DNA of 64,000 nt from Tubiluchus corallicola (Eukaryota > Animalia > Priapulida): NCBI GenBank assembly GCA_030141605.1, contig JAQGDQ010000019.1, positions 1,178,001 to 1,242,000 of the forward strand, in the 5' to 3' direction. Position numbers and translations under genes: made by a program. This document shows positions 1-18,178 of this stretch, piece after piece (position 1 is the stretch's first letter; each line of letters starts with the position of its first letter). The notes beneath the pieces are model-generated. The model was not told the origin of the DNA. It made no database searches and saw only the letters and a list, made by a program, of their open reading frames with translations.

Positions 1-3000
1 GGACCGCTTGCCGGTGCACTATGCAAAAACATCGACCGATCATCCGGCAAGGATGCAGGGAAAATGTGCCAGCTAGTATTCAATATCCTTGTTGATTATT
101 TGCTGCTGTTGTTGCTGTTACTATTGCTTACTTGCTAAATTGACTAAGAAAGAAGGCGCCTCTGAAATAAATAGCCACTTCATTTCGCATAGATGGCGCT
201 TGTACCATTACCAAGAGCGAGCCAGAGGCACGTTCAAGCGCGTAAACGTTTGTATGATACATGAAATAGTTTGCTGTGCTCTGTTCACACCAGCATACGA
301 CCTGACCTTGCACTCATTTATAAGTGTGTGCATTTTTGTTATTTGGCCTCTCTAAAGGAATAACTTTTTATTCTTTGTGCCATTTCATTGTACTTTGAAA
401 TTTCAGTTTACGTTTAATCTAAAAACGAGTTTTAATGACTTGAAAAATGAAATGAGTTTTATAGAATGAACTCAAGTACTTTATATACAGAAAGAAAGCT
501 TGAAAATTTCTACAATATGTAATGGAACTTATGCAATCACCAGGAATGCTGCAAACAGACGGTTATCAAGATTTTAATGATTTTGCAAATGAAGTACGTT
601 ATTAAAATGTGCAATTTGGTATGTTTTATCCAGCTGTCACGTTTCATAATGCTATACCGTTTAGCCTACAAGCCCGAAGTTTTTAATGCATTTATTCTGT
701 GCAAAATGAGCCAAATTCAGGTGTTTGGAAACTACAAATTTTCAGAACATGAATAGTAACACAAGTGTCTTAACATTCATTGTTCTGATAAATAAATCAA
801 AGTCATACATGCATATAATGCTTTCTCTCATTTAGTTAATAGATGGCGCCTGTTGAATGAAAATGTTTACAACAAATTATTTTCAACACCCACGTCTATT
901 GAACGCCGCTAACTAACCCCCACCTTGCGGGTTAAAATCCTCTGCTTTTTTTTCGCAGTGTTTATCTCATCTACAATACTTCAGAGCGCAGTTGAAACGC
1001 GTTACCTAATATTATACCGCTGTATAGTATTCTTGTTCAATATTTATACAGAATTTGAAAAAACCAATGTTCTTTACAAAAAATGATAAATTATTTTTAG
1101 GCTTTCAGTCATCGTGTCTGTACACGGCGGAAGTCGTAAATGTTACCAACGTTTTTTATTTGCTGCTTAACATCTGCATCTACTTTATAATAGCAGCCCA
1201 TGCTGCCGTACCACCCAAAGGCAAAAAACCAGAGAAAACTTTTCATGGTTGAAGAAGCAAGCAAGTGGGAATGCTTATGGGAAGCAAACATTGCTTTCTT
1301 GTTTCATGATTTTACAAAGTTTTGAATGCAGATTTATTATCTCTGTCGCAACATTTACACCATAAGTGTTCATTTTTGGAGGTTTCTGATGCTATTTGAT
1401 GAAAGCTATAGAATCATGTGGAACACTCAGAAATTTTTCTGCTTCGCAAACAAAGTTTCATCAAAGCCGTTACTGTTGAAGTTGTTTTGTCAATCCAGGA
1501 CTAACTGGATTAAGCCCCGTTTGTGTTTCCATTCCAAGTCAGCATGTTATATCGGATTAAATTCTAAAAATTGAAAGCCTTTTCAATAGAAGCCTCTTAG
1601 AGGACATAAAATCGTCACACATTTCACTGACCTGTAAGCTCAACGACCTAAATGGACTTTTTCTAAATAGAATTTCAAACGGCTGCCAGTTTTGTTTAGT
1701 TGCCCACTCTATGTCAAAAATCCTGAGCCAAAGACAAAGTTAAAACTAATATCGCATTATCATTATCATCATTACCACTGTTATCCAAAAACAATATTAG
1801 CAACAACAACAGCAGCACTTACAGGCAGAATCAGTAGCAAGTTATGGCAACTAACGTGTAAATGCAACGCATACCACTTTCACTTATGCGTTCTGTAATG
1901 TTAATTTACTGGACATCCTAACAGCAATGCAAATACTTGATAAAGTTTCACTACTTTCTTAAAGACTGAGTTTTCTAAATGCATTGGCGTTAGATCGCTC
2001 ACATGAAGTTGTACTGTAACTGAACATACGTCAGGTTAAATATTGTAATTGTAGATGGTCTTCTTATTGGTGGTATTTACACTTGTCGAAATTATTGTTA
2101 CATTGTTCATTTGGGTTAAAGCAACAACTGCGCGATTTTCCCCATGGTTTTTAGACCTGGATAACTGGATGGATGCTGCTGTTTTCTCAGATGCTAACGA
2201 GTTTGTTGCTATTTGTGCTCCTCCAATCTGGGAACAGTACTCCAAATCTCAAATATCTAACGGAACCATTTAATATTGTTTCCGCTTTGTTTTGAGGTGA
2301 TATGCTTTCTGCAAAATTTAGATCTTTATACGTTGTAAATAGATGTAAATCCGTGTTAATTAAGTTCTGGGTGAGCTCAACTTGAAATCGTTACATGGTG
2401 TTCTATAGATATGTTTAGAATAAATAAAATGCAATTAAATCTAAATATTATTTATTCACAGTCCTGGTGGGGAGGACAGGTAAAACTAAGAATTCGCCAG
2501 GGAAAACTAAAAACTTAATTCTTCACTTTTAGTTTCTTTGGAGACTTTACCTGTAATACACCTGATCAGAAACCATTGCCAAATTTTAAGTAAGGGTGAC
2601 GCCAAATACTCCTATTGATATATTCCTTTAGCTGCTGAGCGCGTGGTGTTACACTTATCAACCATTCTAATAAGAGCTGAAATAAGAGCTGACATTTCGT
2701 GATATTGTTTCAATAAGTTGCCCAATTGAATGTTTACGAAAATTATTTTCCGCGGTAATATCTTCGCCACAGTTTAAACGACTGCCAATCAGACGAAACT
2801 CCTCGCCGTGAAAATTGAAGTCGTTTGTAAAATGTTTGCAATCTCCGGGGAACGTGGAAAACGTTTTTCATTTTCCATGATCTTTTATGGCATGGTGGCG
2901 TTCATAACTTTCTCATTTTCAATGAATTTAGAGGAATCTATATATATAGAGAGAGAAAGAAAGCATGCGTTTTTCGTTGTCCCACACTAATAGTCCAACA

Positions 3001-6000
3001 GTAATAGCCCCATCTTATTTGTGTATTACCCAAGTATGTACTTGTTATAAGTTCGTCATGGTTTGATTTAATGAACTGATGTAAAAGAATAATAAAAATT
3101 GAATTGTGTAATACCGATACCAAGTTAAGACCCGCCACATACTGGTTTACCAGTTTAAATATACGAGCCATTCATTATATACCTCCTCATAATTCAAACC
3201 CAGATTTAAGTTACCGGGGATGCACATAAGCTAGGGTTAAAGTGCCTCCTATGGTATCTTAAAACTGCATTAGAAATACATCCACTAAATTACCCCCTCC
3301 AAAAACGAAGTCTAACACGGTTGAAATCATTTTTGGTTCTAGGTTTAGTTTAGTTCAGTTTAATTTATTAGTAATAGTTTTTTGGAAGGTAATTAAAAAA
3401 GTGCGATTTCTAGAGCGTTACGGATATAAAGACTAAAGAATAATTCTGCGCCAAAGTAATTTTCTTACACATTCGTGTAACGTATAACTTTTGACGTTCT
3501 TCCAACGTTTGTCTTTCCTCGTTAACAGATAAAAAATTGAGTGACTTAATTAATAACCAAATATAAAACATCTCACATACAAATATTTATTTATACACTA
3601 AATTAAAATAACGTTCAGTGAATATTAAGTTTCTTTTAGCTTTGTAATATTATTTTTTTGCATTTTACAGTGTTATTATTTTATTATTTGTTATATTTGA
3701 TGTTATGTATTATTTAAGGGATTAGTATTAGTAATGTTAGAATGAGTTTTTGCAAAGTGTTCTTTTAAGTGTTTTGTGTTGTCTCAGTACGTACACAGAC
3801 AAGATGGGTTGCAATCTACCGTTTTTTACGTCTGTGCACTTACTTGTTAGCAAATCACTCTGCAGTTGTGGCGCACGCTTTATTACATGCTGTATACGCA
3901 GACATAGGTAAAAATGAGAAGGTATTTTAAACAGGTGGCAGTAACTTAAAGTTAGTTTTAATTTATACTGGGGGTATGTTAAGCCTTTGTTGATCTTACG
4001 GGGCTGTATCGGACACGTAACTAGATTGACTGCCTGGGGTATATACCCGTCTGGCAAGAAATACACGTATATTAGCCTTCGTTTACATTTCTGTTTTACT
4101 AGTGTCTCTTTCCGCTCCTTTGCGAAGCCATTAGATGTTGTTGTCCAGTTGTGAGTAAAGGGTTAAGCTATTGCAGTGGCGCCATTGTGCGTCGATGCAA
4201 CGGGCAACCAAACGGTGAATTTAAATAATTGTCACTTATTGTTCGCTTTAATACACACATACTTAATTATTTTTTGTCGTCTTTGCATCGGATGTGCTTG
4301 CTTAACTTTTTATTAATCTGTGGGAGATAACAGGTTACCAAATAAAAAACGTGAATGTTCTTTTTGTTTGAATGCGTTTGATGATAAGCTTGACGGAAGG
4401 TCTTAGGATTTTGATGCCCATAAGCTAGAATTTGGTCCCGGTTGTAACTGGTTGTTAAACGTACTGGCCATTATACCAAATTACTGAGTTTAAATTTGAG
4501 AAAGCGGATTTGTGTGTGAAATCACTGACAAATGTCTACACTGACTTCAGATTTCCTGCGTGTAAACCTAATGATTATGATTTACCTATCATTAAAGTCA
4601 ACGTTGAGATTCTCCGGTAGTAATGAATTATAGTTCATTGCCCATACATTGCCGGTGTGAGAAAAGTTAGTTGAATATCCAAACTCCAACTCTTTGCTAT
4701 ACATCTAGTGTTTGCTTTTCCTGGTGTAATGGTTATTTATTATAGAATAAGACTGTATAGCCGCCAGGATGGCTACAATATCTGCCAAAGCAAATAAATA
4801 AGTGTAACCTTAGCTGGGAGAGGCATGCCGAAAACACATACGCACGTTTATTTAACAATATTTGATCTAGTTTTGGGTGTATTTATATTTGCACACGCTA
4901 GATAGCAGCTTCCTTCTTTCCTCTATCTGTCTGCATTGCAACCGGAACATCTGTAAAATTATTACAATGACGAATGTGTTATCTGTGTGGCCCAGGGTAA
5001 CTTCTGTAACAGTTTATTACGTAATTTAACGATTAGTTACTCTTTATAAAACGCTGGGTTATCTATCCCGTGCTTGTGGATGTAGATTCTCGTTCATTTG
5101 AAATGCTCAAAGTTGTAACTTTCGGAGTTGAAACAAAATTAAATACTGGCTGCATAGGTACCGTTAGGCCTACTTCTACAGTTTGTGGAAAGGTTTTTTG
5201 CAATGACTAATAGCAGAAAAATTCTTTACTGCGTTTATCATTTTTGCAAGACACGCAACGGTAAATTAAGTTGACTTTAATTACTTAGCGCTGCACTGTT
5301 CAGGATAAAAACAGCCAAAAAAGGGCCATCTGCTTTCTGTCATATCACAATGTATAAGACGTTTCATTTTTTCTCTCAGCTTCAAATGTAGTAAAGAGAC
5401 TGGCACAGATACACATCGCATTGGACCATTAATCCTTATTATAGAATGCCCTTAATTGCAGTCTGCCTAGTGCTCCCAAAATGTGCTGTTGAAGGTTTTT
5501 AAAAAATCAAATAATTGTTATCACTACGTCCAAATTATATTAATTCCCAATCGCCCAACAGTTCAACGTTTTGCAGTACTGTCTCATTCGGTTTTCCTGT
5601 CTGTAGAGGACTTGGTCTTATATACAATTTCAAATACTATAAAAGAACTGCATGATTGCGATTTGGAAGGAGTTGCTCTACCAATTTGTGGTTCTTGTAA
5701 AATACAGCCATGGCTACCACACTAGCATTTTGGGGAAATTCTTGACCCCATCGACCAGCTTAACATCGTAGGAAACTACTTGCATGAATTATAGGTTTTT
5801 TCTTCATTTGTCGATTCCACTTAACGAGTTTAGTGAGCTTAAAGAGTCCTTAAGAAACATCTCTCTACAAAGAAGCTGATAACTTCTAAGCACATTGAAT
5901 TTCGATTGTATGTGATTAACTCGCACGTCGCCTGCATGCCAACGCACCCAAGTTTCTGTCCGGATGGAACAATGTCCGCCTACAATAAAACTGTTAAGCC

Positions 6001-9000
6001 CACTGTTGACACTGTGAGACACGAAAATGAAGTCTGATGTCACGTTTCGTTTTGTATAAATTGACCTTTTTTGTTCTATTCTCTCTTTTTAACGCGTTAG
6101 CGCCATTTGCAGTTGTTTAGACCACCATGAACCTTTTTGTATCGATCTAACTATCTATCTTAACTTTTAATTTAGCTAGGTCGTTAATTAGTTCCCGAAG
6201 AACCAGATAACATGCCAGCTCTTTACGAAAACCAAGTAACCATATTATGAACTGAGACTAATCAGAGTATGTGTATTCAGTCTTGTCAAAGTCAGCGAGT
6301 TTCAGTTACGTTTTTTGCAGTTCTTGCCTTTGTACAATTTTGTTGAATACTGAATATCTTGTCTGCTGAATGTTTAATATCTTGTACAGAAAAATTATAA
6401 TTTTGGTCGCCCTTTGCATCCACCCTTGTCTCTCCTATCGTGTACTGTGGTAATTATTACGTCGACTGGCTTTTCTTTAAGCTCTGAATTGACTGTGGTA
6501 CGGCCGGGTCTGTATAAAATCGATTCAGCACACACACGGAGTTAATCCCTTCCTAAATTGAATGTCCTAATGCTCATAAATCCACTATTATCGCTAAACT
6601 CAATAACAAATCATAAAGTTTTTTGCTTCGCGGCTAAACCTCCAGTTATTCATCCTCTTCATTAACCCATAGAAATCTCCCGCACCAGTGATTATGTTAT
6701 AGTGCACCAGGCTATTTTATTATCGTGGTTTCTTACAAAAACAGTACCATCTGCGCCTCTTTGCAAACCTGGTTTGGGACGACAGTATGTGACCGTTGTT
6801 GTCATACACATTATAGGCAATTGAATAATGACATTGAAAGTGGTGTGCGTGATTGCTTATTGTTGCGGACATCATTTTGCTCGTGTTGTTTGCAAGATTG
6901 ACAGTAGAGTAAAATAACATTTAGTCGAATGGAAAAAATAGAGTGAAGAGTTGAGCAAGAGAAATGTCAAGATATGAATCACAGATCAGAAGTATCGAAC
7001 CATTCTATTCCAGCACTACTTTTTAGAATATAATATACCGCTCGTTATCTGTATGTCACCTGGTTTCTTAAGTGTGTGGCTCTACCTAGCGATGGTAAAT
7101 AAACTGACTCTCTTACCGAATGCCCATGTTCAAAGATCATGCACGCTGGTTTATTACTTATTTGCTCGAATACAGATGGCACAGTCTACTCATTCCTAAA
7201 CTAACCTTTATGGCTTACTCTTCCTAAGTTGCACGAATTTCGCAATTCTCTGAGATTATTCAGTGTTGCACATATTTCAATATTATACTTTTTTTACGTT
7301 ACAATATTAGAAACTAATTGAAACCTTTAGGAATCGGTTTGGCGTGAATCGATAATAGTGTGATAAAGTTTTCTTAATCGTTTTAATGTTTTGTATTCAT
7401 GATTGTAAACTCATTCCCTGCTTTTTAACATCATATTTACTTAATTTATTTTAACATTTAATAAACTTTAATATTATTAACTTTTTCATTTTCTGTAATT
7501 TGTTTCTTTACTTTATTTCCCGTTTTTTAACTATAAATTTTCGCTATATTAACGGCAGGCGCATTGCAAAATCATTGCTTATATAAACATGATTTCTGTT
7601 GAGTATTAAGAACTACGCCTAAATGCAAGATGACTAAATACTTCATACCACGTTCCTTAATTGCCTAGATTGCTTAAGGCAAACTCGTTAAATTTTAAAT
7701 TTTCCTTTTAATCTTACGTTATTATTTTTAACCCTAGACAAACAACGTACGCAAATTCTTCATTTAGTTATGTGGGGATTGTTCTCATTTGATAGAAACA
7801 GTAGTTGTTTTCTTGCCACTTTGGCAGTTAACTGAAAATACTGACTTACAGGTTTTGGTAGTAGCTTCTGCATTATATTTACATTTTCTCAGCTGCTTTG
7901 CAAATCCATCTATAAATTTTTTGTATGGCATATTAATATAATAATGTTGGTTTTGGCTTCTATTGCTTACATTTCTTCGCCTTGGAGTGCTTCCTCATAT
8001 TGCGTACAATCTTGTACAATTTGCGCTGCGTGCGCATTTGTGATGGCTATTTTCTTATTTATACAGATAAAATTTGCAAATTAATGTAAAGCGTTGAATC
8101 ATTTGAATACGTAGTCAGTTCATTCTCCGTTCAATACTGAAGCATTGTAGTTAAACAAATAATTTTTGTACTAATGTGCCATCTGTAGGCCAAAGAATGC
8201 GGATAGCGGATTTGGCGATTATAGATACGAATTTTTGCGGACATGTAAGCCAAGCTTTCGCCAATTTTTTTCGCGGATGTGCTATTGGTCTGATTATTGT
8301 TCATATTTCACATAAATGTGTTGTTTTTTGCTAATGCAGATATTTACACATGCGGATTCTGCGGATGCGGATATATAAGAAATCTGCTGTTTCTGCTCCA
8401 GCCTCTGATATTACTCTGTCCTATTATTCGCAAGAACTTTGGTGCAAGATCTGAATGAGTCATACCTACAGAAATGTAAACTTTGTGTTTTTTATATTAT
8501 TATGATTTTTATTATCAGACAATGAAATTACAACACAACAGAAGAACTTTCTGTTTACTTAAGACATTACTTAAATTTTCTTAGTTCGACTAAGCCATGT
8601 GCAGTGTCTCCATTCGCCAAAACGTTACGTGTACATTCAGTGTAAAAAAGCAATAATACTATTGCGTATTTATTGCGGATAATATTTTCAAGTTATTATC
8701 ATTAATTTCTTCATTTTATTAGTAAAAGTAACACGTACGTAAAAGCGTGGCAATCAGGAACAAAATTATTAAACAAACTTAACAAAATATGTAATTACGC
8801 TTCTTTCTGCTATTAAAAGTCACATCAAATGTGATGAATGCATTCGTTTTGTTGTAAATCTTTGCTTTTCGTATTTCTGTTTATAGACTGCTGTCTTTTT
8901 TAGTTTCAACGTATAACGTTGGAAAAGATTGGCTAAACCATGCACTTAAAGTTAAGGATGCGTAAACGACATAATTGTGCATCAAGTGTATATTTCATAT

Positions 9001-9086
9001 AAATGAAAATATTAAAAAAACACAGTTTACAAGATGAAACTTGGAATGAAACTGATTGCACAAACTTGGGATTTTCAAACAAAAAG

Positions 9087-9488
9087 TTATTTTTTGTCGA
9101 ACCATCGCTTGCATACAACATCTTTACAAGAGACAGTTAGCACTAACTGTCCATTAATGATTTCTCTAATTATTTCTTCCTTGGAGCCATCATCTAGAGT
9201 AGAAATCTGCATCAGTTTTTCACCCTGAATGGTGAACTTGGTTTTGCATTTCTTCCCGTCTGGTCTAGCCCAGTCTGTCTCCTCATCCAGTTTGAATGAA
9301 ATATCCATCATCTTCTTTAGTGAGGTCCACTGATGAATGTGGTATCCGCCATCTTTCTCCGTGAGCTCAATGTTGAGCGCAGCTTTGGCTGCTGCTTTGC
9401 GCATCATGAGACCCACCCCCTGAGCTGCCATGTATTCCTCTAGATTTTCCTGCTTCACTTGAAGCCATTTTCCCACGTATTTTTCCAT
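9087..9488 (-). CDS. FABP: Fatty acid-binding protein (FABP/iLBP family), 133 aa, CDS uninterrupted
   Basis: N-terminal GKWxxxxxENLEEYMAAQGVG..MRK signature, then FKLDEE, DGKKCKT, REII.GQL and C-terminal CKRWF; typical FABP length. Splice acceptor (ttttttacag) at 9520-9521 in the 5' UTR, candidate GTAAGT donor at 10590-10595, AATAAA candidates at 8668-8720. Confidence 0.92.
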   Translation of the reverse strand: MEKYVGKWLQVKQENLEEYMAAQGVGLMMRKAAAKAALNIELTEKDGGYHIHQWTSLKKMMDISFKLDEETDWARPDGKKCKTKFTIQGEKLMQISTLDDGSKEEIIREIINGQLVLTVSCKDVVCKRWFDKK

Positions 9489-12337
9489 CTTGGTTAGTAA
9501 GTCAACACTCTTTAAATAACTGTAAAAAAAAATGCAGAACTGTATAGAAACACTTAATAACTTTCAACTTGCAAACTAACAGGTGTCTTATATGTAGATC
9601 AGTAAACCAATTTTCCTAACACTGACTAGTAAGCCAGTTTTACCTATCACTAACCAATAAATCAGAAAAAATACAAAAACACAGTAAGTTGGCGCTGTTA
9701 TAATGGCACTGACTGTAACACAATAGGATATTTGATTACATCTGAAAGTTTATAATGCGTAAAACTCTGAACTCCAGCTAAACAGGCAAGATCATTCACA
9801 TGATGTTAATATAATTTTAGAACTTCAGAACCAAAATTCGAGCCCACTTTTTCTTCACAGCACATTTCTATGAAAGATTCATATATCACACTACATATTT
9901 GTCCTTTGTGTTACGCATTATATGTACCTACGAGGAGCCTTTTGATCAGCCATCAATTCCCCCATCATTCTTGGAAAATTGGAGCAGGAAATTGTAATTC
10001 ACAGAGACGGTAAGGAAGTCATTAAGCAGCTAACTGTCAAGCCGGAAGGCGGCCTTCAAACTTCGCAGTTACATCCGTTTCGTAGTCTTAGACTTGTTTC
10101 TGAGAATTTTCCCTATTTTTCAGAGCAACATTCTCATTTGTTTTATGAGGAATATTTAAAACTTTACTTGCCAACTTACTAAATTTTTGCTTTATAATAT
10201 TAAAAGAATTTTAATATTAATAATACTATAAAGCAAAAAAATCATCCTTTAGATTTGATGCGATCGACTATTAAAATTCACTTATGTATATTTTAAGCTC
10301 ATTTCGAAAGTTCTTGAAAAAATTTTATGGACTAACCTTCCTTTTCACAAGACATGATAGCCATAAATTAGTAGAAAACGCTATTAAAATTTTTAGTATT
10401 TTATGAACGTAAGTTTAAAGTCGTAAACTGTGAGACAAAGAGTATTCAGTTAGCACAAACTACGGCAGTCACCGGATTGGATCTCGAGTCTCGATGTCTG
10501 TTCATCTGACAGCCGAGTAGTTCTCACCGTAATAAACATGAAATATTATTGTAAAACTGTAACTGTAAGTAAGAAAAAAATTGCAAAATACTTACTGGCA
10601 GAGATACGAAGCTGCTCACCTCAACACACGATGAAAAAGAGAAGGCAGAAGTTAGGTAACTCCTACGTTTCGCCTACCTTTACTCCAAGTACAAAGTCCT
10701 CAAGCCGATTTTATTTGCTCACAGTGATGTATGTGCCTTGTCTAAAAAGAGACGAGAGAAAATATCGGTCGCGTAAGAGACGTATGAGAGGTCTAAAGGT
10801 TTGTTGTTTTAGCAAAACTGCAGTCACGCTTACAGCCTGTTACACAATGCAGAATTTTACCTACTAAATGAATTCCGTGATTCAAGTAATGTTAAATATT
10901 TCGCGGTGCGTTTTAACCTGTTAAATAATATGAACCCCATTAAAAGGAAATATTTTGCCGCATTTTACCTGCCCTTAAGCTCACAGATTGAACGGTGCAC
11001 CGTAAAAATGGCACAGGAAAAAATGACACCCCAGTGGAAAAATAGAAAAAAATGACACTCTTAAAAATACTAGTTTAGAGTTAGGGCTACACTGGGGATA
11101 ATTGTTTTAGTTATGTTTACCCCTGCCAAGGAAGTTATAGTTCAACGCTGTTGTTTGATTGTTTTTTATCTGTTATATAGCAGTGAGCCTATTATGCAAA
11201 AAATACTAAACATATTTCCACGAAACTTTGTGGAGAAGGTGGGTAGGGGACGAGAAGGGTGATTTTGATGCAGATTCTTAGACATTGGTGATTCTTAGAG
11301 AGGTGAAAACGTGGGCGTTCTGCCAGATAGTTAAAGAAATGAAGCAAACACTATGTGGAATGTTCGTGCATTATTGACTGTAATCCTATTTATTGAGTAA
11401 GATATTTTGTTAATCTTGCTAGTTTATATCATACATAGGTATGGTATATACAGGTATAACTTTGTGCGTTTGCTTTGTTTTATGTTTTTTCTATCAGAAG
11501 AATAAGTCGAACATGTTCATTATTTTTCTGTTTCTATACTGAATGCTTTTAGTTTTATTATAGAAATTATTTGCCATTTTTACCTACATTCAGATTGGAC
11601 ACCTAACATCACGACTGTAAGTCTGATAAGTTACGTAGGCCTGTACACGTATAACGTAATGGTGCAAATCAATAATTAGCTGTTAATTAGGCATATATGA
11701 ATTGCATTCATTTTTATGACCTCCTAACCCAAAATACCACCATCTATAGCAGGCACCATCTAAACTCCATTTTAGGTTCATTTGGGAACGCGCGTGTTTA
11801 TTCCAGAAGTTTGCTTAGAAATAAAATATCATAGGGTAAAAAAATTATTCGATTTAACGATTAACCTGGTTTTGCGAAATTATGTTGCAAAATTATTAAA
11901 CCTAATCGTAACTTACATTTTTGACTTCTGCTATTGTATCGTTTGTGTTATGTTGATTCCAATTTCCAAAACAAAGGCTTATTTTGCAGCAGATTAATTA
12001 TTTAGCGGTATGTATGCTTTGAAATCACCCAGCACTTTATAAAGTATGGCCGCATAAAATCTAAAAACGTATATGACCAAGGACAGCAAACGCCTCGATG
12101 CAGAAAATTTGGGAAAATTTGTTTGAACTGATGACTAATGGTACCGACCAGTCATAGCTATGATGTTATATTGTTTGTTTCGACTTCGTTTGTAATTTTG
12201 TTTATCGTAACTGACAGATGTTTGTCGTAAAAAACATTGTTATGATTAGCTATGAATGTGTATCGATAAAAAGTGTCTATAGTTCTGTTAGTAATATTAA
12301 CATTATAACTGTTTTCTAACAGGTCTTTTCTGTATGC

Positions 12338-12441
12338 CTGTCTCTGTTTCTTCTTAACTTTTTAATACATATCCTCTTCTTAATTTAATCATCTGTCTCT
12401 GTTTTTCTTAACATTTTAATAAATCTTCTCTTCTTAATTTA
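12338..12441. repeat. Imperfect tandem duplication, about 55 bp x2
   Basis: ctgtctctgttt..cttaac.ttttaata.at..tctcttcttaattta occurs twice in tandem. Confidence 0.75.
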
Positions 12442-13676
12442 GTTAAAAATTGTTTTTTGCTTTTTTGTCTTTATATAAAATTTCAGAGTATAAGCCCAAT
12501 TATTTGTTTCGCTGTATAGTATTATACTAACCTCTATTTTAATAGGGCTTTAAACATTTAATGCCGCCTTTTATCTAATATTGTGTTTTTCCATCATTTG
12601 CTGACATTATTAGGCGATCAAGGTAAACTTATATTGCTTGATTTCTGGTAGCTTATTTGGGCATGCCCATAAATATTGTGTCTGCTATCTCTACAAAACT
12701 GTCTGCAATTTAATTTCGTGTCATAAAGCGGATATTAGTAGCTCGTATCTTATCTAAACGTTTCTAACCACACAAGATTATTTGACTAGCTTTTCATGGT
12801 AAATATTGGCCTATATATATCATGTAATGAACGTCAGCCTGGAGGGCTAATCGACTGATCGATTATTGTAATCGTATTTATCTGATAAATTATACTTTTT
12901 CTGCTATGAATTTTTGTGCTATGTTGTTAATGTTTTGTGAGCCTTTTGCATGCCCGTATGGCCTTCAGCATGTTATTGTGTAGAAGTCTATAAATACTAT
13001 TTTTAAACAATGCATCAACTGCATGATTATTTATAATTCCGCCGCAGTTTGTTTTTTATCATATTCTGATTTAAAAGAATTTGGTGTTGTCTGGCACTGT
13101 TGCAACCATGCCTACTTAACGTACAGTTAAAAATTTGTTTTCTTTAAGCATTTATCATCTTTTACTGATTGGAAAATTGTGGTGCTCGATAACATAATTC
13201 AAATAGTCACGTTGTTAGTAATCACTTTTAAAAGATATATCAATTACATCGTTGTATAACTTGAACCGCGTGTGCCTTGCGTAATTCCCACTTATTTAGT
13301 TATAAGTAGTACATATTTTAAAATTTGACTAAAAGCAGTAATTTTTGTGTATATTGTATCAAGAAATGCTCAGTTTGTAAGTTAACTCCACTGTTCACGT
13401 GATTTATTAGCAACAGTTATATATCAAATTAAATAATGTAATTTGTAACGTGTATTTTCAAGTTTCGCATGCCTTTTCATTACCACAGATTTTGTCATTA
13501 CATAAACACTCGTTTGGTCTCTCTTCTTAGACAGTGACTCAGACATTACAGTAATTTCTTCAATGGGTACATAAAAGAGCATACGCCCTGTGCTTATTTT
13601 TCTGATCAAGTATAGCAGATAAGTTTTCATATTTGCGTTCATGTTTACTTATGAATGTTTACTCATTATTTTACAG

Positions 13677-17951
<4,275 letters not shown>

Positions 17952-18178
17952 GTGCTTGATGTAGTCGCTTTTTTGTGAATATTCACATGCCACACATCAC
18001 CATATTGACAAGCTATTAGGTTGGTTTGTTGTCTTATTGGACAGAACAAGTGATGGAAAAGCAACTTTTGTAGTTTTGTATATAGTTTACCACTTACTAC
18101 ATCATGTAAATAACATATGACTAGGCCAGGAAGAGAAATTTCAGTTTTTCACTTCAAGGGTGACTCCGTAAAAAACCT

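Noticed and set aside
491-593. Exon-like block with ATG at 522 (MELMQSPGMLQTDGYQDFNDFANE|gt) as an alternative TRIM9 first exon
   Set aside because: It ends in phase 0, while the TRIM9 FN3 exon needs phase 1; no recognisable homology, so it cannot be assigned.
10450-10537. tRNA-like/SINE head on the minus strand
   Set aside because: A and B boxes are degenerate and there is no cloverleaf; not a tRNA gene and the SINE identity is unsupported.
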